A stretch of 36,408 nt of DNA from an uncultured Candidatus Poseidoniales archaeon (GTDB lineage: Archaea; Thermoplasmatota; Poseidoniia; Poseidoniales; Thalassarchaeaceae): contig CAYYKF010000005.1 of the NCBI GenBank assembly GCA_964441035.1, positions 1 to 36,408 on the forward strand, given 5' to 3'. The position numbers and the translations under genes were made by a program. Positions 17,096 to 25,477 of the stretch are shown here, in pieces (the first letter of the stretch is position 1; every line of letters begins with the position of its first letter). Under the pieces are notes generated by a model. The model worked only from the letters and a program-made list of their open reading frames with translations, searched no databases and was not told the DNA's origin.

Positions 17096-18634
17096 TCAAA
17101 GTGAGAAATCACTGAAATCGTCTTCTTCCTCTTCGTATGCAGGAGCACTTTCAGCTTCAGGAACAGGTTCGGGTTCAGATTCTTCGACCTTAGGCGCGGT
17201 TTTCCGTGTCTTTCTGGTTTTACGAACAGTCTTCTTCAATTTCTCTCCAGGGTCTTCTTTGACGACGGGTTTTGGTTTTGATTCAACCTTCACTGGGGCA
17301 GATGAAGTAACTCCACCGGTGACTCTTCGTCCACGACCGCCACCACCAAATTCTTTGACAATTCCACGCAAACCCTTCTTCTTGAGTTCTTGTTCCATTG
17401 CTTGATCAGCCTGCATCTCTATGAGTTCATCCTCAAATTCCTGTGCTTTTGCGGTCGCAGTAACACCGGTTCCAGCGACATAATGATCCACGCCGCTTCC
17501 GGCACTATCATGCTCAAGGGCAGCAGATACATCGAAGCCTGTATCAACTCTTCCTTTTCCTCTTGTACTTCCTTTCTGAGCTGCAGCTTCAAGTTGGGCT
17601 TCGTGACGTTTCGCCTCGATAACAGCAGTCTTCCCAGCACGGATTTGACTTGCAGACAACATCGTTTGAGCTCGTTCATCAGCGGACATTAGAACAACGT
17701 TTCTTGAGAAGATGTAAATCGCACCGGCACCTACCAATGACAATAGGAGAATGATGGTGTAAATTGTTCTACCAAAGAGTGGCACGTCACCTTTGACGAA
17801 TGCAGTTTTTGAATCAATGACCCTGTCATTATCTCCGTGCTTGACAGATGTTACTACAAAGTTTCCAGCCCATCCATCTGAACGGGTAATGATCTGACAG
17901 TCATCATCTAATGAAGGAGAATTTTCTGCAGCGTAAGCAGATAAGTCTCCATCATAATTTTCTTCCAAGTTGGCGTTAGATGGCATCATTTCAATCATGC
18001 TATCTCCAGTCCCTTTCCAAAGATATCCCCTGATTTCAACGGCTTGATTTGTTTCTAAATTGAGAATGCCTTCCATCACGTTCTCATTCGCAGGAATTAG
18101 GCCTACAAGGGCCCATTTTCGTGGTATTTCACCATCATCATCAGATTTGTCAGCTAAAGCCTCAGACCATGTTGGTGATTCCCAATCTTTTTCCATGTTT
18201 GGAATCGTAACATACAGTTCACCAGGAGCGGTATCCTGAGCATCAGAGAAACTCATTGTTTTAATCATCCAAGAAGTCAATGCTGGATAAGTATCGCTGG
18301 GATTATCAAATGTCTTTGTTTGAACCAACCATCCTGACAATTCTACTTTATCCGCATCAGCCCAAGGTGGTGATGCGACACCTGTTGTTGACTGGTAACC
18401 TGCCGGGCCAACTCCAAATCCCATTTCACCACAAGCGACTAGGTCTAAGGTTTCATTTTCCTCACTAGGGAAATCAATACCTTGATTTGTGATTGTGCCA
18501 TTCAAATCATCGAAGTCGAAATCACTGCTATATTCACCTGAACCTGTTCCCCACTCTGTATCAGAACCGCCTAAGCAACCCGCTAAAGCGGGCATCAGAA
18601 GCAAGAGAACGAGCAGTGGGGCTATGCGTCGCAC
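17096..18634 (-). CDS. hypothetical lipobox-bearing membrane protein with basic/RGG-like then acidic cytoplasmic tail
   Basis: GTG start. The signal peptide has a lipobox (LLLLMPALAGCLGG). A ~270-aa outer domain is followed by one TM (TIYTIILLLSLVGAGAIYIF) and a ~215-aa tail with GGGGRGRR, KTVRKTRKTRKT and a terminal EEEDDFSDFSL. Confidence 0.7.
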   Translation of the reverse strand: MRRIAPLLVLLLLMPALAGCLGGSDTEWGTGSGEYSSDFDFDDLNGTITNQGIDFPSEENETLDLVACGEMGFGVGPAGYQSTTGVASPPWADADKVELSGWLVQTKTFDNPSDTYPALTSWMIKTMSFSDAQDTAPGELYVTIPNMEKDWESPTWSEALADKSDDDGEIPRKWALVGLIPANENVMEGILNLETNQAVEIRGYLWKGTGDSMIEMMPSNANLEENYDGDLSAYAAENSPSLDDDCQIITRSDGWAGNFVVTSVKHGDNDRVIDSKTAFVKGDVPLFGRTIYTIILLLSLVGAGAIYIFSRNVVLMSADERAQTMLSASQIRAGKTAVIEAKRHEAQLEAAAQKGSTRGKGRVDTGFDVSAALEHDSAGSGVDHYVAGTGVTATAKAQEFEDELIEMQADQAMEQELKKKGLRGIVKEFGGGGRGRRVTGGVTSSAPVKVESKPKPVVKEDPGEKLKKTVRKTRKTRKTAPKVEESEPEPVPEAESAPAYEEEEDDFSDFSL

Positions 18635-18709
18635 GTTGTGCTGAAGACCCCTTTGGTTGAAGACTGTTCGCCTTCCAAATCGTCCGATTCTTCACTATGA
18701 TTCGACCTT

Positions 18710-19474
18710 CTATCTCACGAAAAGCCATTCATTGTCGTCAGAGTTACTTGAATCATAGCGATAACCATCCAAATCAAATGATTTCAAATCCTCAGCATCT
18801 TGAATTTGATTCTTGATAATGAATCTGGCCATCGCTCCTCTTGCACGCTTTGCTGAGAAACTGATCAGTTTCAATTTCCCATCTCTCATTTCCTTGAATG
18901 AAGGTGTTATGACGTTCATATCGAAAGTTGGTCGGGCTACAGATTTGAAATATTCATTTGAGGCGAGATTGATGAGATTTTCATCCCCAGACGTTGCATT
19001 ACGGCCTTGTAAGAGATTTGAAATTTCATCACCCCAGAATGCGTAGAGGTTTGTGCCATAATCTGTTGTCAATCTTGTCCCCATCTCAAGTCGATGAGGT
19101 TGGATGAGGTCTAGAGGGCGTAATAGCCCGTATAGGCCAGACAAGATTCCGAGATGCTGTTGTGCAAAATTCCAATCCGATTCTCCAAAATCATTTGCTT
19201 GTAAGCCAGTAAAAGTGTCTCCATCAAACATCAATGCCGCTGGTTTGGCATCAGGACATTCTACATCCTCCGAAAATGATTGATATCTGTCATAGTTCAG
19301 TGTCGCCAATTTCTCAGAGATTTTCATTAATTGTCCAATATCAGTCGCGGATTTGTTCTTCATATTGCCAACGAGTTTCGTTGTTTGTGAAATCAGAGAG
19401 GGATGTGTGAAATCGAGATTTCGATCCCAACCTGAACAATTCAATTTCTTTGCTGGAGAAATTACTGCATACAC
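18710..19474 (-). CDS. yaaA: peroxide stress protein YaaA (UPF0246/DUF328)
   Basis: The N-terminus MYAVISPAKKL is the family signature, and 254 aa is a typical length. GTG start preceded by GAGGTGAT. Confidence 0.85.
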   Translation of the reverse strand: MYAVISPAKKLNCSGWDRNLDFTHPSLISQTTKLVGNMKNKSATDIGQLMKISEKLATLNYDRYQSFSEDVECPDAKPAALMFDGDTFTGLQANDFGESDWNFAQQHLGILSGLYGLLRPLDLIQPHRLEMGTRLTTDYGTNLYAFWGDEISNLLQGRNATSGDENLINLASNEYFKSVARPTFDMNVITPSFKEMRDGKLKLISFSAKRARGAMARFIIKNQIQDAEDLKSFDLDGYRYDSSNSDDNEWLFVR

Positions 19475-19498
19475 GAAATCACCTCGTCCATTGTGTTG

Positions 19499-20725
19499 TC
19501 AGTGTCCATGCCCATCGTTATGACTTTCCATTCCGAGTAGATACTCTAAATCCTCGATGAAATCAGTTGTGCTCCAGTCTGAACCGGTGTAAACAATGCG
19601 TTTATTTCCGTCTGTATCAATAATGAAGGTCACAGTATTGTGACCAACTTCGTAAACTTCGTCATCATCTGCAGTTCCTCCTCCGCCATTGTCATGTCCA
19701 TGCTCACCATTATGCCCCGGCGGAGCTTGATTTTCGACCCACATATATCCTGCAGATTCACAGTCAATTTGTTGAGTGTGGTTGGTTACAGAATGTGTGT
19801 TCATGTCATAGCAAACCATATCGCTACCTGGTGTAGGAAGGTAGGATAGATTTGCATTCGATGCAGCCCATGCAACATGGTCAGTATCTTGCATAACCAT
19901 GACCTCATCTATTCCCACATTTGAATAATCCCAAGATGAATTTGTTTCGTTCCAGATGTAGAGTGCCCAATACCAATTATCGGGACTATTTGCATCCCAC
20001 TCTGGTGCAACGACACCATTTATTTCTACAGGATAATGGCCAAGGGTGGGGTCATCCTCGGCGTCGAATGAAACATTGTTGCTCGTCATCGTAGTTTCAG
20101 TAAGGTTCCAGCCAGTGGCATTCTCTTCGGGCAACATATCATGGTCACCGTCGAGTAATGCGGTGGTGTTATCCGGATACAGAACAGCGACTTGGTGTGA
20201 CATATCCGATTGATTACTATCATCCCCATGGTCTGAATGGTCTGAATAGATGTGGTCATTGTCGACAAGAAGATGGTATGCATCCCACACCCCTGTTTTG
20301 TCATCATTGGTGAAATCTTCAGGGTTGTCACTGGTGAGATGGGTCCAAGTGTACCCTCTGTCTTCAGTCCATTCGAGAAGATGTTCGGATGTGTCTCGCG
20401 CAGGGTCAATTGTGACAGAGATGATGGTAAGGTTTTCGACATCGGAAAGTTCTGTCTGAACCGTGTTCAAATTCGCTTCAATCGCCAGACAAACATCCGG
20501 GCAATGGGTGTACGTGAAGGCCAAAACGACGACCTTTCCTTCATAATCTGAAAGAGAAATAGTTTGTCCATGTTGGTCGGTCAAGGTGAAATCTGGAGCA
20601 GTTGAAGCAGGATTATACTCCTTTCCATGAAAATCATGGTCATCATCATGTTCGTGTCCACCAAGACACCCTGCAAGTGATGAGGCTAGCAAAATCAGAC
20701 ATACACTGACTACGCGCGCGCGCAT
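19499..20725 (-). CDS. sco: SCO1/SenC-type copper chaperone (thioredoxin fold) with lipobox, large internal insertion and His-rich tracts
   Basis: ATG 20725 gives MRARVVSVCLILLASSLAGCLGG. The Sco motifs are KVVVLAFTYTHCPDVCL (CxxxC) and, ~280 aa later, VYEVGHNTVTFIIDTDGN (conserved His region). The track start at 20824 would run into the tRNA. Confidence 0.8.
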   Translation of the reverse strand: MRARVVSVCLILLASSLAGCLGGHEHDDDHDFHGKEYNPASTAPDFTLTDQHGQTISLSDYEGKVVVLAFTYTHCPDVCLAIEANLNTVQTELSDVENLTIISVTIDPARDTSEHLLEWTEDRGYTWTHLTSDNPEDFTNDDKTGVWDAYHLLVDNDHIYSDHSDHGDDSNQSDMSHQVAVLYPDNTTALLDGDHDMLPEENATGWNLTETTMTSNNVSFDAEDDPTLGHYPVEINGVVAPEWDANSPDNWYWALYIWNETNSSWDYSNVGIDEVMVMQDTDHVAWAASNANLSYLPTPGSDMVCYDMNTHSVTNHTQQIDCESAGYMWVENQAPPGHNGEHGHDNGGGGTADDDEVYEVGHNTVTFIIDTDGNKRIVYTGSDWSTTDFIEDLEYLLGMESHNDGHGH

Positions 20726-20782
20726 ATGAAAAATCCGGTAGACATCGGTATTTGAAATTCTCCATACAGCACTGAGAAAGTT

Positions 20783-20867
20783 TGGCGCGGACGGAGAGAT
20801 TTGAACTCCCGCGGTAAATACCACCGGATTTCAAATCCGGCGCGATACCAGGCTATGCGACGTCCGC
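20783..20867 (-). tRNA. tRNA-Ser (anticodon UGA), class II with long variable arm, CCA encoded
   Basis: Folded by hand. Acceptor GCGGACG/CGTCCGC, anticodon stem CCGGA/TCCGG with loop UUUGAAA, 13-nt variable arm (GGT-ATTT-ACC stem), T-arm GGGAG-TTCAAAT-CTCTC, discriminator G, then CCA. The D-stem looks weak (A12:C23). Confidence 0.85.
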
Positions 20868-20912
20868 TTGGATGGCTCTGGGAGCATCTCGGCAATATGC
20901 GTTTCAGAAGAA

Positions 20913-21287
20913 TCAGTAGTAGTTCCCCGGTCGGCACCATGCCGGAAGATCTCCGGCAGCATCTGGATGCGTCAATCCAATGAAGAGTACCATTACGATG
21001 ATGAAGAAGACAGGGAATAGTGCGGTTGCAGTCAAAATTTGGCTATCCGGGTCTCCTTTAAGGTGCATGAAAATTGCAGCAATTCCATATCCCTTTACCA
21101 CACCAACAATGATTAGAATCCAGACAACTGTGGTCATACTAACTGTGCCTTTCATTGAGAAAGTCAAGGCGACAGCCACAACCTCAATTGCAGTAAAAAT
21201 CATCAAAATTGCAAAATTCATGTTGTATGCATCAAAGCCAAATAACGTATGATGATGATCGTGCTCGTCATGATTTTCTTCACTCAT
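20913..21287 (-). CDS. cytochrome oxidase small subunit IV (prokaryotic COX4/CyoD-like)
   Basis: Three TM spans and the family signature VKGYGIAAIFMHLKGD. ATG 21287 is preceded by AGGGGG. The N-terminus is MSEENHDEHDHHHT. Confidence 0.7.
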   Translation of the reverse strand: MSEENHDEHDHHHTLFGFDAYNMNFAILMIFTAIEVVAVALTFSMKGTVSMTTVVWILIIVGVVKGYGIAAIFMHLKGDPDSQILTATALFPVFFIIVMVLFIGLTHPDAAGDLPAWCRPGNYY

Positions 21288-21298
21288 TTTCAAACCCC

Positions 21299-22432
21299 CT
21301 AATACAGATAGAATGCTGGGAATACCAATACCCAAACTAAGTCGACAAAGTGCCAGTATAGACCGAAATATTCGATGCTAACTGCATTTGCTGGAGTGTA
21401 ACCACCTTGGAAGGCCTTGATGACCATGTATACTAGTGCAACGACACCACCTAGAACGTGAACACCGTGTGTTCCCGTTGTAACATAGAATGTAGATGCT
21501 GACATTCTTACATCTACGATGTACGTCGTCATGGCTCCATCAGCGCAATGATGTCCATCCCATTCAGAACAGACTTGATACGTGTATTCACTGGCATGTA
21601 TCGTGAACCCATCATCCAATAAACTTGGAGAGTAGAAGATTGGGTCATCGTGTGGGCCGGCTTCAAAACCAACGAACCATTCAACCATTTTCAGTATGAT
21701 GAAGAGAGTTGCTAGTAGCAATGTGCACAATAGATACTTGCCAACCTTTCGGTTGCGTTCTGCATCACTGAGACTCTTGTCTTTTGCAGTCTTCAATGCC
21801 AAGACAATCGTGTATGAAGAAACAATCAGTGCAAACGTATTGATTGCACCAGGAATTAGAGTATCTGGCATGAAGCCAAGAGCAGCGTGTGCAGTCTCTT
21901 GGTGCCAACCACCTTCAGCGATGAAGTAGGAGGCTGGTAGCCAACAGGTTGCACCGTTAACCAACTCTCCAGAAGCAGCTAGAGTCTGGCAATTTGGTAT
22001 ACCAGTACGATATCGGATATATGTACTAAACAAACTGCTGAAGACCATCATTTCAGACATCAAGAACATCCAAACAGCAACCTTTCGAACATCGATATTG
22101 CGGAACGGTGCCCCTCTTGATTTCGCTTCGTAGTTTCCGTCATGACTCCAATCTTGTCTCCAGAACACGTAAATTCCGGTGAAGAAGATGGCCAATCCAG
22201 AAATGAGTAGCCAAATTTCACCGGTGTGAATTGCATATTCCCAAATTCCAGCATCTTCATCCCAAGACTGTGTGAAAACTTTTGAGAATCCTAGAAGGAA
22301 GAAACTCGCACCAAAAGCCATCAAAATTGGTGCCCAAGAGTTGTGAGGTGGTCCACCCTGCCCATGTTCCCAATCGTGAGGGCCCCAATGGCTGTGCTGG
22401 TGGTCGTGGTGATCATCATGTCCGTAACTCAA
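21299..22432 (-). CDS. coxC: heme-copper (aa3-type) oxidase subunit III, unusually long
   Basis: The canonical C-terminus is HGVHVLGGV...FGLYWHFVDLVWVLVFPAFYLY. At 377 aa it exceeds the ~200-270 aa that is typical. The N-terminus is His-rich (MSYGHDDHHDHQHSHWGPHDWEHG). The start overlaps the coxA stop by 4 nt. Confidence 0.85.
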   Translation of the reverse strand: MSYGHDDHHDHQHSHWGPHDWEHGQGGPPHNSWAPILMAFGASFFLLGFSKVFTQSWDEDAGIWEYAIHTGEIWLLISGLAIFFTGIYVFWRQDWSHDGNYEAKSRGAPFRNIDVRKVAVWMFLMSEMMVFSSLFSTYIRYRTGIPNCQTLAASGELVNGATCWLPASYFIAEGGWHQETAHAALGFMPDTLIPGAINTFALIVSSYTIVLALKTAKDKSLSDAERNRKVGKYLLCTLLLATLFIILKMVEWFVGFEAGPHDDPIFYSPSLLDDGFTIHASEYTYQVCSEWDGHHCADGAMTTYIVDVRMSASTFYVTTGTHGVHVLGGVVALVYMVIKAFQGGYTPANAVSIEYFGLYWHFVDLVWVLVFPAFYLY

Positions 22433-24783
22433 TACGACACCTCCTCATCTTCACTAATCATCATTCTCTCGAGCATCCTGCCGAAGAATCCAGGTTCATC
22501 ATCATGTTCATGCAGACTCATGTCGAGTATAGGAGGGTTGTCTGGGTCGTGCGATGGTGTTGGTGGAGGGCTTGATACCATCCATTCCATTGACCAACCA
22601 CCCCATGGATTATCAGGCGCTTTTGCACCACGTAGCGAACTGCTAATCATGTTGTAAACTAGGATTAGATTGCTTGCAAAGAAACAGAATGCAGCGACTG
22701 TAATCATCATATTCCAATCGGCAGCTTCTGGAGGCAAAGCATCGTACATGTCTGTGGTCAAGAAGTAGGTGTGCTGTCTTCGAGGCATACCCCATATTCC
22801 AAGGCGGTGCATTGGCCAGAAAATCATGTTGTAAGATATGAATCCAGTAACGAAGTGTAGGATTCCAAGTTTTTCATCCAACATACGTCCAGTGGCTTTA
22901 GGGAACCAATAGTAGATACCTGAATAGAGGGCGAATACAATACCTCCAACGAATACATAGTGGAAGTGAGCTACAACGAAGTATGTTTCATGTAGATGCA
23001 AATCCATAGCAATTGAAGGGAAATACATGCCCGAAATACCACCCAAGGTGAAGGTGACTAGGAATCCAAGCGCCCAGAGGGTGTGTGTCCGATAGACAAG
23101 GCTTCCACCATGCATGGTTTGCAACCAATTGAACACCTTGATACCGGTTGGAACTGCTACTAGCATCGTTGTCAGCATGGTTACGAATCGAAGCGTTGGA
23201 TCCATGCCGCTTGTGAACATGTGGTGCCCGTACACAATGAATCCAAGGATTCCAATTCCAGCGAGTGCAAACACCATCGATTTGTATCCAAAGACGGTAC
23301 GTCGTGCACTCGTGGCAATAACCTCAGAAATAATTCCGAAGGCAGGTACTACAACGACGTACACTTCAGGGTGTCCGAAATACCAGAAGAGGTGACTCCA
23401 CAGCAGCGGGTCTCCTCCAGCAGCTACTTCGTAGAATGTCGTTCCGATTGTTCTGTCAAGGAAAACTTGAATCAATCCAATTCCGAAGGCAGGAATAGAG
23501 ATGAACAGCATGAGTACGGAGATGAAGATGGACCAACTGAAGAGTGGCATTTGCATCCATCCCATTCCAGGTGCACGCATGGTTGCGAATGTGGTCATAA
23601 AGTTCACACCAGCAATCGTTGATGATGCGACCAATAATATCTGACCTGCAACCCACAAGGTTGCACCTGAATGTGCCGTGTTTGATACGATATAAGGGGC
23701 GTAACCAGTCCAGCCCACATCAGCAGCTTGCCCTGAAAATATGCCTGTGAAGATGAGCAGTGCAGCGGCTGGGTTGAGCCAGAAAGCAAGCGCATTTAGG
23801 CGTGGAAGTGCAAGGTCATGCGCACCGATTTGCAGTGGTACAATCCAGTTTCCTAATCCTGCAATCATAGGCATTGCAGCCAAGAAAATCATCACCGTTC
23901 CATGCATCGTGAAGAATTGATTGTATTCATCTGTAGTCAAGAAATCGTTACCAGGACTGGCCAATTGAATTCGGAAGATGAGTGCAAACATACCACCGAT
24001 TCCAAGGAAAAATAATCCGTTTAGGAAATATAAGGTCCCCACCTTCTTGTGATCTGTGCTGGTTAACCAATCAGAAATCCAAGGCCAGAAATTGTCCCAT
24101 GTGAATGCATCAGGGTCACGCCTGTAGAATACCCAAAGAAGGCATGATGCAGTGACCACAACCATCAACAAAATGGCACTACCGAGTACAACCAAACCAC
24201 GAGCCTGTTCAATCGGTTGCTCTCCAATCGTAATCTCAATCTTGTTCCATTGGTCTTCTCCGGAGGCTTTGTGATCTCCGTTCACTGAATTTGTATGAAG
24301 AACAAACTTGGCACCACCAGATTCTGGTGCAATCCATTGTACAGTCCAAGTATCTTGGTCATTACCCGAATCTGTATCTGGTGTTGTTGCACCTGTGTGC
24401 GTTGCGCTACCATCAGAATTGATCTTGACCAGAGTCTCATCTACCGCTGCTAATGTTCCAGCACTTGCCCACAGGTTGAATCCACCTAGCGCAGTTGCTT
24501 CGGGACTGGTTCCCGAGGGTCCTCCTGTGAATGAGACCTCAAGTGTGTAAGTTTCACTAGCGTTGAAGAAATAATTACCAGCATCATCAGTCGGCAATCC
24601 TACAAGGCTTGGAACGACATCTGCGCTTGTACCTGCACTATGACAATAGCACCCTTGGTCCTTTACTGTCTGATAAGGAATTCCACTTGGTGAAGAATAC
24701 GCACTTGGTACGATTAAAAGTGCTAGCAAAATGACACCAATTATTGCGATGGTTTGCGGTTTCCTTAGTGCTCTAAACATCAT
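22429..24783 (-). CDS. coxA: heme-copper oxidase subunit I with ~230-aa N-terminal extra domain
   Basis: The canonical CoxA core starts near residue 232 (WISDWLTSTDHKKVGTLYFLNGLFFLGIGG) and includes HPEVYVVVVPAFG and the HFHYVF region. Before it come a signal anchor, a ~165-aa soluble domain and an extra TM. Confidence 0.95.
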   Translation of the reverse strand: MMFRALRKPQTIAIIGVILLALLIVPSAYSSPSGIPYQTVKDQGCYCHSAGTSADVVPSLVGLPTDDAGNYFFNASETYTLEVSFTGGPSGTSPEATALGGFNLWASAGTLAAVDETLVKINSDGSATHTGATTPDTDSGNDQDTWTVQWIAPESGGAKFVLHTNSVNGDHKASGEDQWNKIEITIGEQPIEQARGLVVLGSAILLMVVVTASCLLWVFYRRDPDAFTWDNFWPWISDWLTSTDHKKVGTLYFLNGLFFLGIGGMFALIFRIQLASPGNDFLTTDEYNQFFTMHGTVMIFLAAMPMIAGLGNWIVPLQIGAHDLALPRLNALAFWLNPAAALLIFTGIFSGQAADVGWTGYAPYIVSNTAHSGATLWVAGQILLVASSTIAGVNFMTTFATMRAPGMGWMQMPLFSWSIFISVLMLFISIPAFGIGLIQVFLDRTIGTTFYEVAAGGDPLLWSHLFWYFGHPEVYVVVVPAFGIISEVIATSARRTVFGYKSMVFALAGIGILGFIVYGHHMFTSGMDPTLRFVTMLTTMLVAVPTGIKVFNWLQTMHGGSLVYRTHTLWALGFLVTFTLGGISGMYFPSIAMDLHLHETYFVVAHFHYVFVGGIVFALYSGIYYWFPKATGRMLDEKLGILHFVTGFISYNMIFWPMHRLGIWGMPRRQHTYFLTTDMYDALPPEAADWNMMITVAAFCFFASNLILVYNMISSSLRGAKAPDNPWGGWSMEWMVSSPPPTPSHDPDNPPILDMSLHEHDDEPGFFGRMLERMMISEDEEVSY

Positions 24784-24789
24784 CTCACC

Positions 24790-25428
24790 TCATGCGTGTA
24801 CTTCAACAATCGCGGTCATGTAGCCATGATCATCTCCACAGTATTCTGTGCAAAGCAGCAAATGCGTTCCGATTTCATCCTGACCGGGAGTATAATACAT
24901 TGCAGTTTCTAAACCCGGTTGAGAATCTTCCTTTATCCCCCAATCCACAAAGAATGGCGCATGCGTCACATCGAGAGATGTTAACAAAAACGTGTATGAT
25001 TCACCTGCTTTCAGACTGAGCACCGTATTGGTACGACCTTCAACATCCATGGTCGAACTACTATCACAAATATCTGCGGTAAGATTACCACAGTCGAAAT
25101 TCCAATTCCATTGCGAAGCGGTGATTCGTACCACATGTGCATCCTCATCCTCAGTCCAAACTTCATCGAGGGGACCCCAAGAGATGAATGTGAGATATAC
25201 AATCAATATGAATGGTACAATTGTCCATGTGAGTTCCATCGTCAGGTTGTCATTTTCTTTTGGAAATACACCTGGTGTGAGGTCGTCAATATTGTTGTCA
25301 GAACCATCTTTTGAACGGTATTTGAGCGAGTGATGGAACATCCAAGCGAAAGTGAAAACACCGACAATAATTGCCCACAATGTGAACTCATCAAAGAGGT
25401 CCCAGAAGATGTCTCCACCAGCCTTCAC
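24790..25428 (-). CDS. coxB: heme-copper oxidase subunit II (CuA cupredoxin, no cytochrome c domain)
   Basis: Two N-terminal TM spans. CuA ligands are DVTHAPF and CTEYCGDDHGYM. GTG start at 25428 preceded by GAGGAG. Confidence 0.9.
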   Translation of the reverse strand: MKAGGDIFWDLFDEFTLWAIIVGVFTFAWMFHHSLKYRSKDGSDNNIDDLTPGVFPKENDNLTMELTWTIVPFILIVYLTFISWGPLDEVWTEDEDAHVVRITASQWNWNFDCGNLTADICDSSSTMDVEGRTNTVLSLKAGESYTFLLTSLDVTHAPFFVDWGIKEDSQPGLETAMYYTPGQDEIGTHLLLCTEYCGDDHGYMTAIVEVHA

Positions 25429-25477
25429 AGTAACTCCTCAAGCCCCCCGGCGCGAGGACGCTATATGAGCGTTGTCT

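Noticed and set aside
20646-20983. Short ORFs 20646..20834(-), 20710..20940(-) and 20801..20983(+), plus the 33-codon extension of sco
   Set aside because: They overlap tRNA-Ser, and their sequence has no protein-like features.
24640-24651. CYCH in the CoxA N-terminal domain as a c-type heme attachment site
   Set aside because: The motif is C-x-C-H, not the canonical C-x-x-C-H, so covalent heme c binding cannot be claimed. It is kept only as a possible metal or redox site within the larger finding.
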